Below, piece by piece: positions 1-10,217 of a stretch of 64,000 nucleotides of DNA; the stretch's first letter is position 1; each line of letters starts with the position of its first letter. Both the position numbers and the translations under genes were made by a program. Origin of the DNA: Polyangiaceae bacterium. GTDB lineage: Bacteria; Myxococcota_A; Polyangia; Polyangiales; Polyangiaceae. The notes under the pieces were generated by a model that saw only the letters and a program-made list of their open reading frames with translations, was not told where the DNA came from and searched no databases. The stretch is from contig JBGANF010000035.1 of the NCBI GenBank assembly GCA_044222475.1, positions 1-64,000 on the forward strand, given 5' to 3'.

Positions 1-80
1 GAGTGGCTCCGAGACGCTCGGCTCTCTGCGAAGTCTCGTCCCAACCCTGGCGCGCCGCACCCGTCGAAGTCTTGGTCTCA

Positions 81-216
81 CCTCCCAGCTTGGAGGCCGG
101 GGGGAGAGGGGGGCGGCAGCCCCCGTTCGGTCTCCGTCTCGGCGCCTTGGCGCCGAACGGAGACGCGTGGGGTGAGGCCGCGCAGCGGCCGGGGGCGATG
201 CAATCGCCCCTACGTA
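81..216. repeat. Cluster of GC-rich inverted repeats (REP/BIME-like) downstream of tolB
   Basis: Successive hairpins: GGGGGC-GGCA-GCCCCC (109-124), GTCTCCGT.TCGGCGCC-TT-GGCGCCGA.ACGGAGAC (130-164), GGCCGC-GCA-GCGGCC (176-190), GGGGCGAT-GCA-ATCGCCCC (192-210). Confidence 0.7.
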
Positions 217-240
217 AGTGAACTAGGCCGGCGCGTCGCA

Positions 241-336
241 ACTCACTCCAGATGCGAAGCACCCTCACAGCTCGGACTCACTCCAGATGCGAAGCACCCT
301 CACAGCCCGGGCTCACTCCAGACGCGAAGCCCCCTC
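241..336. repeat. 35-bp tandem direct repeat, about 2.7 copies
   Basis: ACTCACTCCAGATGCGAAGCACCCTCACAGCTCGG at 241-275, near-identical copy at 276-310, degenerate partial copy at 311-336. Confidence 0.9.
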
Positions 337-352
337 GGCCAGACGCGATGGG

Positions 353-1657
353 TCAGTTCCCTTCCCAGCGCAAACTCTCTCCCTGCACGGTGGAGATCTT
401 CTGCTGGTTCAGCCCGGCGATGTTGCTCGTGTAGAGCCCGCCTCGGGTCGAGAAGAACGCGACCATCCGGCCGTCGGGTGAGCACGACGGATACGTGTTC
501 GACCCCTGGTTCTGCGTCAGCCGCTTCATGTTGCTGCCGTCCGGGGAGATGCTGAAGATGTCCCACGTCGCGCCGTCGCGACCCATGAAGAGGATCTTCG
601 TGCCCTCCGGATCGTTGCACCACACCGGCGCCATGTTGTACGTGCCCGCCGAGCTGACCTTCTTGCCGTCGACGTAGATCTGCGGGTTTCCGCCCGCGTT
701 CGAGACGTAGGCCAGCTGGCCGCCCGGCCCGAACGCCGGGTGGGTGTTGAGCCCGCCGCTCGTGAACTTGGTCAAGTTCGAGCCGTCGGCGCCGCCGACC
801 CAGATGTCGCTTTGCCCATTTTGGGACAACACCAGCGCCATCTTCGCGCCGTAGAACGACACGCCGAAGACGAGCCCGCTCTGGCGAATGACGGGCGCCG
901 GGGCGCCGATGCGGAACAGACCGTACGTCCCGTCGGGGTTGCCGCCGGCGTAGTACACCGCCCCTCCGGGTCCGATGGCGGGCGCGAGCGCGACGTTCGA
1001 CGAGGTCGTGAGACGGCCGAGGCCCTGGCCGTCGTTCTCGATCGCGAAGATGCCCTTCTGCCCACGTCCGGTCGTCGCGCTGAACACGAGGCGCGTCCCG
1101 AAGCTCCCGGCCGTCCCGGTGAACCACTTGATGACCTCGTTGACGAACTGGTGCACGGCGCTTCGCACGTTGCCGGGCGCCACGTCGTACTCGCGCTTGA
1201 GCATCTCTGCCGAGCCGCGCGAGACGACGAACAGGCGCAGCTCGACGTGGGTCGTCGCGCCGCGAGCGGCGGTGAAGCCCTTGATGACGCCGTCCGCGCC
1301 CACGTTGCGCCACGACGTCGGGTCGATGGTGTTGCCCTCGGCGGCGAGGTTCGCGGTGAAGCTCTTCGGGTCGAGGACCTGGAAGAGGCTCGAGAGCATG
1401 AAATCACGGCCCGCCGTCTCGACCCCTTGTCGGCTCGCGTCCGCGTCGCCGCCCCACTCCGGGATCGCGATCTTGAAGAGCGAGCGCGTGCCGCCGGAGA
1501 CGACGATCTGAGTCACGCTCCCGGTGGGCGCGGGGAGCGCGGTCGTCGCGGTCCCGGCGGGCTTCGGCGTGTCGGCGATCGCGGGTGCGGTCACCGCCAC
1601 GACGACGGCCGCGCCGTAGACGAAGACCACCGTCGGGAGCCAGGGCCTCAATGACAT
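353..1657 (-). CDS. tolB: Tol-Pal system periplasmic beta-propeller protein TolB
   Basis: Signal peptide, TolB N-domain (KIAIP..DFMLSSLF), PD40/WD40-like repeats (HPAFGPGG, YPSCSPDG); last gene of a tolQ-tolR-tolA run. Confidence 0.85.
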   Translation of the reverse strand: MSLRPWLPTVVFVYGAAVVVAVTAPAIADTPKPAGTATTALPAPTGSVTQIVVSGGTRSLFKIAIPEWGGDADASRQGVETAGRDFMLSSLFQVLDPKSFTANLAAEGNTIDPTSWRNVGADGVIKGFTAARGATTHVELRLFVVSRGSAEMLKREYDVAPGNVRSAVHQFVNEVIKWFTGTAGSFGTRLVFSATTGRGQKGIFAIENDGQGLGRLTTSSNVALAPAIGPGGAVYYAGGNPDGTYGLFRIGAPAPVIRQSGLVFGVSFYGAKMALVLSQNGQSDIWVGGADGSNLTKFTSGGLNTHPAFGPGGQLAYVSNAGGNPQIYVDGKKVSSAGTYNMAPVWCNDPEGTKILFMGRDGATWDIFSISPDGSNMKRLTQNQGSNTYPSCSPDGRMVAFFSTRGGLYTSNIAGLNQQKISTVQGESLRWEGN

Positions 1658-2442
1658 CGGGAAGAGTCTCCGTGAAGGTCGCCCGCGAGTGCGATGTTGA
1701 CCGTCCGACCGCGGTATTGGTCGGCGACTTCGGGCGGCGGTTCGGGCAGAGCGGTGCGGTCGTCCAAGAGCTTGAGCAGCATGCTCCGAGCGGAGTCGTC
1801 GAACAAGTCATTCCCCGACTTCCGGATCGGTTCCGGGCGAACGTGCCACACGACCATGCGCGGGCCGATGTTCATCTGGAAGACCACGCAGAGCTTGCTC
1901 GCCTCGCCCTGAGAGATCACTGTCGGATATTGCCACTTCTCGTGGAAGAACGCGCCGAGCCGCGCGGCGTACATGTCTCCCGCGCGCACCTTCGTCGGAT
2001 CGGTCTCGGTTCCGCTGTCGAGCCCGTCGAGCCCGCCGACCGCCGGCCGGGCCGCGGCATCCTCCGCGAACGGGTCGTTCTTGGTGACGTGGTTGTCGGG
2101 CCCTTCGGGCGTGTTGGGCGGCGGCGTTCCGGCGTCGAGCGGCTTCGGCGTCGCGGCGCGCGACGCGACCTGGTCCACCTTGGGAGCGGTTCGCTGCACC
2201 GGCACGAGGCGGTCGGGGAGCTTCGATGGGTCGAGCGGCTTGCCCAGCGCGAGGACGTTGGCGGCGATCACGGGCCGCGCGATCTCGGGCTCGTCACCCA
2301 AGCCCGACGACAACGGATGAATCATTCCCACGACGATGAGCAGCGCCGGTAGGGCGTGGAGCGCGAACGCGAGAGACACGCCGACCGCGATCTCGTCGCC
2401 GCTGTAGCTCGGCCATAACGATTTGTGGACGGACGCCGGCAT
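1648..2442 (-). CDS. tolA: TolA/TonB-like energy transducer
   Basis: N-terminal TM helix with SxxxH motif (SLAFALH), Pro-rich linker, TonB_C-like C-domain (KSGNDLFDDSA..LPEPP); lies between tolR and tolB. Confidence 0.7.
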   Translation of the reverse strand: MPASVHKSLWPSYSGDEIAVGVSLAFALHALPALLIVVGMIHPLSSGLGDEPEIARPVIAANVLALGKPLDPSKLPDRLVPVQRTAPKVDQVASRAATPKPLDAGTPPPNTPEGPDNHVTKNDPFAEDAAARPAVGGLDGLDSGTETDPTKVRAGDMYAARLGAFFHEKWQYPTVISQGEASKLCVVFQMNIGPRMVVWHVRPEPIRKSGNDLFDDSARSMLLKLLDDRTALPEPPPEVADQYRGRTVNIALAGDLHGDSSRCH

Positions 2443-2454
2443 CTCCTCACTTCT

Positions 2455-2892
2455 TCATTTGACGGTCAGCGGATCGGTCACCATTCCGAGCTTCTCGACA
2501 CCAGCGGCGCGAGCCGCCGCCATCACGCGAAGGACCACGCCGTACTTCACGTTCTCGTCTGCTTGGACGTACAGCTCCTTGTCTTCCATCAATTTTTGAT
2601 TCGCTTTGAGCTTACCCTCCAGATCGTCGGTGATCTCGTCCTTTCCGAGGTAGACGTGCTCGTCGCTGGTGATGATGACGAGCAACTTGCTGTCATCGGT
2701 CTGCATCGGCGCACTTTTTACCTTCGGTAGGTCGACGTGGACACCTGTGGTCAAGAGGGGCGCGGTGACCATGAAGATGACGAGAAGGACGAGCATGACG
2801 TCGATGAGCGGCGTCACGTTGATCTCGTTCATGCCGCCGAGGCGACGGCGCCCGCGAGCGCCTCCCGCCCCACCCAGCGCCGCGCCGGCCAT
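2455..2892 (-). CDS. tolR: TolR/ExbD biopolymer transporter
   Basis: EINVTPLIDVMLVLLVIFMVTAP signature; ADxxVxYG motif. Confidence 0.92.
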   Translation of the reverse strand: MAGAALGGAGGARGRRRLGGMNEINVTPLIDVMLVLLVIFMVTAPLLTTGVHVDLPKVKSAPMQTDDSKLLVIITSDEHVYLGKDEITDDLEGKLKANQKLMEDKELYVQADENVKYGVVLRVMAAARAAGVEKLGMVTDPLTVK

Positions 2893-2895
2893 GGC

Positions 2896-3618
2896 TCAGA
2901 CCCCACCCAAACGCGCACGCGCTGCGACGTCTTCCGCGAAACCTTCCATCATGTCGGAGACGAGCTGCACGCGCCGCGCGAAGTAGTTGTACGCCATGAC
3001 CGCCGGGATCGCGGCGACGAGGCCGATCGCGGTGGCGATGAGGGCTTCGGCGATCTTCGGAGCGACGACGGGCAGGTTGGCGTTGCCCATGTTCCCGATG
3101 CTGAGGAACGCATCCATGATGCCGTAGACGGTGCCGAACAGACCGATGAACGGCGCGGTCGATCCGATCGTGCCGAGGAGGCTCATCCACGACTCGAGGT
3201 GCGCGATCTCTCGCTGGGCCGCGCGCCGGGTGGCCGCCATCACGTGCGTGCTCTGCGCGTCGTCGAGGCGCGCCATCACGCCGCCGGTCATGCGGCGCAT
3301 CTCGTCGTAGCCGATGGCGAAGATCCGAGCGAGCGGCGAGCCGCGGAAGGCAGCGAGGCCTTGGGCGAGCGCGTCGAAGCCGGCGGCCTTGTCGAACGCG
3401 TCGAGGAAGCGCTCGGACTCGCGGCGCGCGCGCCGCAGGTGCAGCGACTTCGCGCCGATCACGAGCCAGCACACGACCGAGAAGACCACGAGCAGGACGA
3501 GGACGACCTTGACCGGGTGGGACGCGTTGAGGACGAGCGCCACCGGATCGAGCTTCGGCGGATCTCCGCTCGGACCACCCGCACCCGCGCCCTCGAGGGA
3601 AACCATGACCGGCTGCAT
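2896..3618 (-). CDS. tolQ: TolQ/ExbB/MotA proton channel
   Basis: LGTIGSTAPFIGLFGTVYGIM and IAEALIATAIGLVAAIPAV motifs. Confidence 0.92.
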   Translation of the reverse strand: MQPVMVSLEGAGAGGPSGDPPKLDPVALVLNASHPVKVVLVLLVVFSVVCWLVIGAKSLHLRRARRESERFLDAFDKAAGFDALAQGLAAFRGSPLARIFAIGYDEMRRMTGGVMARLDDAQSTHVMAATRRAAQREIAHLESWMSLLGTIGSTAPFIGLFGTVYGIMDAFLSIGNMGNANLPVVAPKIAEALIATAIGLVAAIPAVMAYNYFARRVQLVSDMMEGFAEDVAARARLGGV

Positions 3619-3692
3619 GGGAGCCGTCCTAGCACGGGTGGGCCGGAAGACTCCAATGGTCCCGGCGCCGCAAGTTTGCTACGGCTACCGGC

Positions 3693-4175
3693 ATGCACCG
3701 CCGAGGAGTCGCGCCGTCGCTGGTCATCGTCGCCGCGTGCGCGCTCGCCGCCTGCACGGGCACCAACACGACGACGGTGGGCGCCACGACCCAGACCTCG
3801 ATCGTGGTGCGTGGAGACGCGCTGATCGCTGGTCGCGGCTGCGGCACCGGCGACGGGCAAGTGTTCAAGTACAGCGTCTCGCTGATCCCGCCTTCGGACA
3901 GCGCCCAGCCACCCATCGGCTCCGTGTTCGACTGCTTCGCCGACGCGACCTTCACCCAGCTCGCGGCCTCGGCGAGCGGCAAGCTCCCTTTCACGTTGAA
4001 GGTTCACGCGTTCCGCGCCAGCGATTGGGCCAAGGCCGAGGGACAAATCCGTTCATCAGCGGCCATCGCCGACGCGATCACGCTCGACGGCCTCGCCACC
4101 TGGAAAACGACCTGCGAAGCGACGCAGCAGCCGAGCGTCACGGTCCTCGCCCTCTGCCCCGATCCGCTGCGTTGA
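3693..4175 (+). CDS. Hypothetical lipoprotein
   Basis: Signal peptide with lipobox LAAC; typical high-GC3 codon use; four further Cys. Confidence 0.7.
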   Translation: MHRRGVAPSLVIVAACALAACTGTNTTTVGATTQTSIVVRGDALIAGRGCGTGDGQVFKYSVSLIPPSDSAQPPIGSVFDCFADATFTQLAASASGKLPFTLKVHAFRASDWAKAEGQIRSSAAIADAITLDGLATWKTTCEATQQPSVTVLALCPDPLR

Positions 4176-4214
4176 CCTTGCGGGGAGCATCCCGCGCCCG
4201 TACGTTGATTGGAG

Positions 4215-5033
4215 ATGGACGGTATCCAGCTCGCGCTTCCCCGGCCCGGACCGGGGGTCAAGGGGCTCCTGGTCGCCCTCGGCGTGACGGCGATCATCGA
4301 AGGCATCCTCTACAACTGGGTCAACGGCGGGGCGTTCCTCGCGCACCTGTGGATCGTCCCGGAGGAGATGCGGTCCCAGCCGTGGTCGATCGTGAGCGCG
4401 TTCTTCCTCTCCGATCCCACGAACTACTCGCACGTCCTCTTCAGCTTGATCGGCCTCTACTTCATCGGCACCGCGATGGAGCAGCACTGGGGCACCGCGC
4501 GGTTCCTCCGGTTCGTCTTCGTCACGGCCGTCGCGAGCTACGCGGTCGGGATCGGCATCGCGCTGCTCTCGCCGGCGGGCCTCGCGATCTTCCACCCGAA
4601 GATCATGCTCGGGCCGGATGGAGTGCTCACCGCGCTCGCCCTCGCGTTCGGACGCGAGTTCCCGACCCGGGTCATCCGGCTGTTCTTCTTCATCCCCGTG
4701 AGCGGCAAGCTCATCGTGTGGCTCACGGTCGGCTTCAGCTTCCTCGGGCTCGTGTTCCCGACCGCCACCTACGAGGGAGCGGCGACGCGCATCGGCGCGA
4801 TCGGTTTCGGCTTCCTCCTCGCCGGCACGCCGTCGCCGGTCCGCGCGATGTACCTCCGCGCGAAGCTGTTCTTCCTGCGCCGCGGATCGCAGGGTCCCCG
4901 CATCGACGTCGAGGCCCGTCCGGCCAAGCGCCGCGCGACCGGCGGACCGCCGCTCCGCGTCGTCCAAGGCGGGCTCGACGACGACGAGCTCTCGAAGCGC
5001 CGTCCCCCGAAGGACAAGCGCTACCTCAACTAG
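4215..5033 (+). CDS. Rhomboid-family membrane protein, apparently catalytically inactive
   Basis: Rhomboid topology (QPWSIVSAFF, HVLFSLIGLYFIGTAMEQHWG), but GPDG replaces GxSG and TRIGA replaces the HxxG His. Confidence 0.75.
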   Translation: MDGIQLALPRPGPGVKGLLVALGVTAIIEGILYNWVNGGAFLAHLWIVPEEMRSQPWSIVSAFFLSDPTNYSHVLFSLIGLYFIGTAMEQHWGTARFLRFVFVTAVASYAVGIGIALLSPAGLAIFHPKIMLGPDGVLTALALAFGREFPTRVIRLFFFIPVSGKLIVWLTVGFSFLGLVFPTATYEGAATRIGAIGFGFLLAGTPSPVRAMYLRAKLFFLRRGSQGPRIDVEARPAKRRATGGPPLRVVQGGLDDDELSKRRPPKDKRYLN

Positions 5034-5106
5034 CAGGCTGCCGCCAAACGAGGGCCTTTCCGAGTAGCGTGCAAGCTGCGACTACGCTTTTCCGCACCAC
5101 TGCTAG
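5030..5106. mobile_element. Short non-autonomous IS-end/MITE-like relic with CTAG-containing inverted termini
   Basis: Starts CTAGCAGGCTG and ends TTTTCCGCACCACTGCTAG; 7-bp perfect terminal IR CTAGCAG/CTGCTAG; each CTAG carries the stop codon of one of the two convergent genes. Confidence 0.45.
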
Positions 5107-6107
5107 TGGACGACCAGGCGCATCGCCAGCTGCATCGCGGCGACCATCCCGGTCGCGTCGGCGTCGAAGCGCTTCGCGCGATCGTAGGCGGTCCCGTGAT
5201 CGACGCTCGTGCGCACGATCGGCAGCCCGAGCGACACGTTGACCGCCTCGCCGAACGACATCAGCTTCATCGGGATCGTCGCTTGGTCGTGGTACATCGC
5301 GACGACTCCGTCGTAGACCCCGCTCGCCCCGAGGCGGTACGCGGTCTCCGCGGGCACCGGTCCGACCGCGAGCGCACCGACGCGATCGCGACGCCAGCGC
5401 GCGACCGCCGCGCGCATCGCCGGGGCGATCACCCGTCCCTCTTCGGTACCGAGGAGCCCCCCCTCCCCGGCGTGCGGATTCAGCGAGGCAACGGCGATCC
5501 GCGGTCGCCGCTTTCCCAGCGCGTGAAGAAGCCAACCGAGCCAGTAGGTGGCACGTGCGACCGCAGGACGATCGAGCAGCCGGGGCACGTCGGCGAGCGC
5601 GAGGTGCGTCGTCGCGAGCGACGTCGCGAAGCGCTCGCCGGCGAAAGCCATCACGACCTCGCGCGCGCGCAAGCGCTCCTGCAGGTGCTCGGTGTGTCCG
5701 CGGAACGTGCTCGCGCTGGGCGCACCGGAGCTCGCGATCGCCTCTTTGCTCACCGGCCCGGTGACCAGCGCGTCTCCGACGCCGTCACGCACGAGATCGG
5801 TGGCGACGTCGATCCACGAGAGCTGCGCAGCTCCGCTTCCCCGACTGGGAGCCCCCAGCGCACGATCGGCGGACGCGAGCGACGTACCAGGTTGGTACAA
5901 CGCGACGGCGCCGCGCACGAACCGCGGCTCGGAGACGACGACGATGCGGCGATCGGCGACTCTCCGCGCCTTCGCGGCGCGCCGGATCGCGCCTTCGTCG
6001 CCGACGAGGAGCGCGTCGGCGCCGCGCAACCCCGCTGCGGCGACCACCGACACCTCCGGTCCGATGCCCGACGGACAACCGATGCTGACGACGAGCCGCG
6101 GCCTCAC
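5103..6107 (-). CDS. pdxA: 4-hydroxythreonine-4-phosphate dehydrogenase PdxA
   Basis: GxPSGIGPE, TGPVSK, GHTE, LNPHAGEGG, AMYHDQ, RTSVDHGTA motifs; start re-assigned to GTG 6107, overlapping the upstream TGA. Confidence 0.93.
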   Translation of the reverse strand: MRPRLVVSIGCPSGIGPEVSVVAAAGLRGADALLVGDEGAIRRAAKARRVADRRIVVVSEPRFVRGAVALYQPGTSLASADRALGAPSRGSGAAQLSWIDVATDLVRDGVGDALVTGPVSKEAIASSGAPSASTFRGHTEHLQERLRAREVVMAFAGERFATSLATTHLALADVPRLLDRPAVARATYWLGWLLHALGKRRPRIAVASLNPHAGEGGLLGTEEGRVIAPAMRAAVARWRRDRVGALAVGPVPAETAYRLGASGVYDGVVAMYHDQATIPMKLMSFGEAVNVSLGLPIVRTSVDHGTAYDRAKRFDADATGMVAAMQLAMRLVVH

Positions 6108-6871
6108 GTGCGCTTCCCTCCTCGCACCGTAGGTCTTGGGACCGCGGAGGGCGCGCGGAGAACGTACCCCTCGCCGCGAAGCGTCTCGAGCGGGAGCTCC
6201 TCGCCGATCTTCATGCGCAGACGCCGCACGTGGATGTCGACCGTGCGCGCTCCGCCGTCGTAGCGCGTGCCCCACACCCGCGCGAGCAGGGCCTCTCGCC
6301 GGAACACCTTCCCTCGGTGTTGCGCGAGGAACGCGAGGAGCGCGTACTCGCGCGCGGTGAGCACCACGCGCCTCCCCGACACCGTCACCTCGTGGCCGAT
6401 GCGATCGATCACGATCGCTCCAATCTTCGTGCGCTCCTCGGTCGAGAACTCGCTCCGCCGCCACTCGAGCTGTCGCACGCGCGCGTAGAGCTCCACCGGC
6501 GTGCACGGCCCGACGATGAAGTCGTCGAAGCCGCTCGACGGTTCGAGACGCGCGATCTGCGAGGGCGCGAGCACCACGAGCGCCGGCACGTCGGCGAGGC
6601 GAGGCGCGCGGCGCAGCTCGCGGAGCGCGAGGATCGCCAGGTCGGGCCGCTCGTCGGCCTCGACCACGAGCACGCGCGGGATCTCGTCGTCGCCGAGCAC
6701 GGCGTCCGGATCACCGAAGAGCGACGTCGTGCGTACGTCTGCACCGAGGCGCGCGAGGACGCTCGCGGGGCTCGCGTCGTCGGACTCGGCTCGCCGGGCG
6801 GAGCCGCGCGCTCCCGGCAGCGGCGGCGCGTGCCGTTCGCTCAAGACGAGAAGCGGCGCCGCCTTGGCCAT
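6104..6871 (-). CDS. OmpR/PhoB-type winged-helix regulator with degenerate (GlnR-like) receiver domain
   Basis: C-terminal LTAREYALL..VWG..RTVDIHVRRLRMKIG..TLRGEGY; receiver lacks the canonical acidic pocket and Lys; start ATG 6871. Confidence 0.85.
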   Translation of the reverse strand: MAKAAPLLVLSERHAPPLPGARGSARRAESDDASPASVLARLGADVRTTSLFGDPDAVLGDDEIPRVLVVEADERPDLAILALRELRRAPRLADVPALVVLAPSQIARLEPSSGFDDFIVGPCTPVELYARVRQLEWRRSEFSTEERTKIGAIVIDRIGHEVTVSGRRVVLTAREYALLAFLAQHRGKVFRREALLARVWGTRYDGGARTVDIHVRRLRMKIGEELPLETLRGEGYVLRAPSAVPRPTVRGGKRT

Positions 6872-6940
6872 CGGCACGTTGTACGCGCGCGGCGAAATCA
6901 TCACAAGCCACTGGCCCGCCACTTGCACTACGGTGGGCCC

Positions 6941-7360
6941 ATGAACCTCTCTCGTCTCGCTGCGGTGGCTGCGCTGTCGCTCGTCGCCCTCTCTGGATGC
7001 CATCGCTACTACGGAGCCCGTGGGGGCTACTACGGACGCGGATACGTCGCCCCGCGCGCCGTCTACGTCCAGCCGCGCCCGGTCTACGTCCAGCCGCAGC
7101 CGACCTACGTCGCTCCGCCCGCGGTGGTGGTGCAGACGCCCCCGCCGGTGCCTGCAACGCCGGTCGAAGTGCCTCCGCCCGCGCCCGCGCCCGGTCAGAT
7201 CTGGATCCAGGGCCAGTGGCAGTTCTCCGGTTCGGGCTACGTGTGGGTTCCCGGCAGCTGGATGGCGCCGCCCAGCCCGGCTGCGACGTGGGTCCCCGGT
7301 GGATGGACCGTTCATCCGCAGGGCCAAGGACACGTGTGGGTCGGCGGTCGCTGGCAGTAG
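6941..7360 (+). CDS. YXWGXW-repeat, Pro-rich lipoprotein
   Basis: Lipobox LSGC; repeats WIQGQW, YVWVPGSW, WVPGGW, HVWVGGRW. Confidence 0.85.
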   Translation: MNLSRLAAVAALSLVALSGCHRYYGARGGYYGRGYVAPRAVYVQPRPVYVQPQPTYVAPPAVVVQTPPPVPATPVEVPPPAPAPGQIWIQGQWQFSGSGYVWVPGSWMAPPSPAATWVPGGWTVHPQGQGHVWVGGRWQ

Positions 7361-7403
7361 CTCGGCGTTCACGGCCCGAGCGAACGCGCGTTCACTGCGC
7401 GGC

Positions 7404-8086
7404 TCATTTGATCGCGACGAAGCCGGCCTGACCATACGCTCGAAACACGAGCTCGACGGTGGTGAAGCCGAGGTGAGCGAACAGCCCGAGGTGTTGGCTC
7501 ACCCGAATCGGAAAGAACTGCGTGCCCTCGCGCGCGAGGAGCTTCTCGACCGTCGCCTCGTCGCGACCCTGCGCGCGCTGCCACGCCGCCCAGCGCGCGC
7601 GCTGCAGCGCGTGACCCGCGTCGGACTCGGCGCGCACGTTCTCGAACACGACGAGCGCGCCGCCGCTCACGAGGAGATCGCGGCAGCGCGTGACGGCGAG
7701 GAGGCGCGCCTCCATGTCGCCGTAGTGATGGCACTGAACCGCGGTGATCACGTCGAACGGCGGCAGATCGTCCGGCAGCTCCTGCGACGTGCAGCGAAGC
7801 GCGCGCGCCGACGGGAGACGCGCCCGCGCGATCTCGAGCATGGCCTCCGACGGATCGGCGATGGTGAGCTCGATCTCGACCTCGGAGACCCGGCGGCGAG
7901 CGCGCTCGAGCACGCGCGCGCCGAGCGCTCCCGGTCCGGCCCCGGTGTCGAGCCAGCGCTTCGCGGACGGCCGCGCGGCGAACCCGAGCTCCAGCGCGAG
8001 CGCGAGCATCTCCGCGTGGAACGGGATCGTCTTCTGGACCTCGACTTCGTACTCGGCGGCCGTGTGCGCCGAGGAGTTGTCCGAGC

Positions 8087-8090
<4 letters not shown>
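7404..8090 (-). CDS. Class I SAM-dependent methyltransferase (CmoA-like)
   Basis: WLDTGAGPG motif I, DPSEAML, FDVITAVQCHH; ATG 8090 overlaps the tldD stop (ATGA). Confidence 0.85.
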
Positions 8091-9565
<1,475 letters not shown>

Positions 9566-9677
9566 GCGTGGCGAACGCTAGCCGATTACGCCTCACTTCG
9601 CTAAGCGGCTAACGAAGTCCGACCCCTTCCGCCGCGAAATCGGCCCTTCCGGAGGCCCGTGCTAGCGTGCCGCCGAG

Positions 9678-10148
9678 ATGGACCTCGCGACGCTCTTCAT
9701 CGCTCTCCACGTCATGGCGAACCTCGTGTGGATCGGCTCGATCGCCTCGGTCGGGTGGCTCGTCGCCGCGGCTTCGAAGGAGAGCGACCGCAGCTCCGCC
9801 GTGCTCGCGCGCGGGCTCTACCTGCGCGTCGCGGTGCCCTCGTTCCTCGCGTCGTTCCTGATGGGCCTCTTCCGCGTCCTGCAGGCGCCCGCATACTACA
9901 TGCACCTCCATTGGTTCCACGGGAAGCTCGCCTTCGCGCTCGGCGTGATCGCGCTGCATCACGTCATCGGGGCAAAGAGCAAACGGCTGGCGGCGAGAAG
10001 CGCTGGGGGTAGCGCTACCGGAAGCGCGAAATCCCCAAGTGAAAGTATGCAAGAAGGACGCTCAGGAGGTATCCTAGCTGGGGCGCTCCTTGCGTTCGCT
10101 TTCCTCACCGTCGTCTTCGTGATCTTCAAGCAAACGCTCGTTCCGTGA
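9678..10148 (+). CDS. CopD/HemJ-family membrane protein
   Basis: Four hydrophobic helices; ALHVMANLVWIG and WFHGKL motifs resemble HemJ/UPF0093. Confidence 0.6.
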   Translation: MDLATLFIALHVMANLVWIGSIASVGWLVAAASKESDRSSAVLARGLYLRVAVPSFLASFLMGLFRVLQAPAYYMHLHWFHGKLAFALGVIALHHVIGAKSKRLAARSAGGSATGSAKSPSESMQEGRSGGILAGALLAFAFLTVVFVIFKQTLVP

Positions 10149-10217
10149 CGTCAGACCGTTGCGGCGCGCGCGTCGTCCTGTAACCCGTCACTCACGTACC
10201 GTGGAGTACCCTCGCTC

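Noticed and set aside
241..336. 35-bp repeats as a mini-CRISPR
   Set aside because: The copies are head-to-tail with no spacers.
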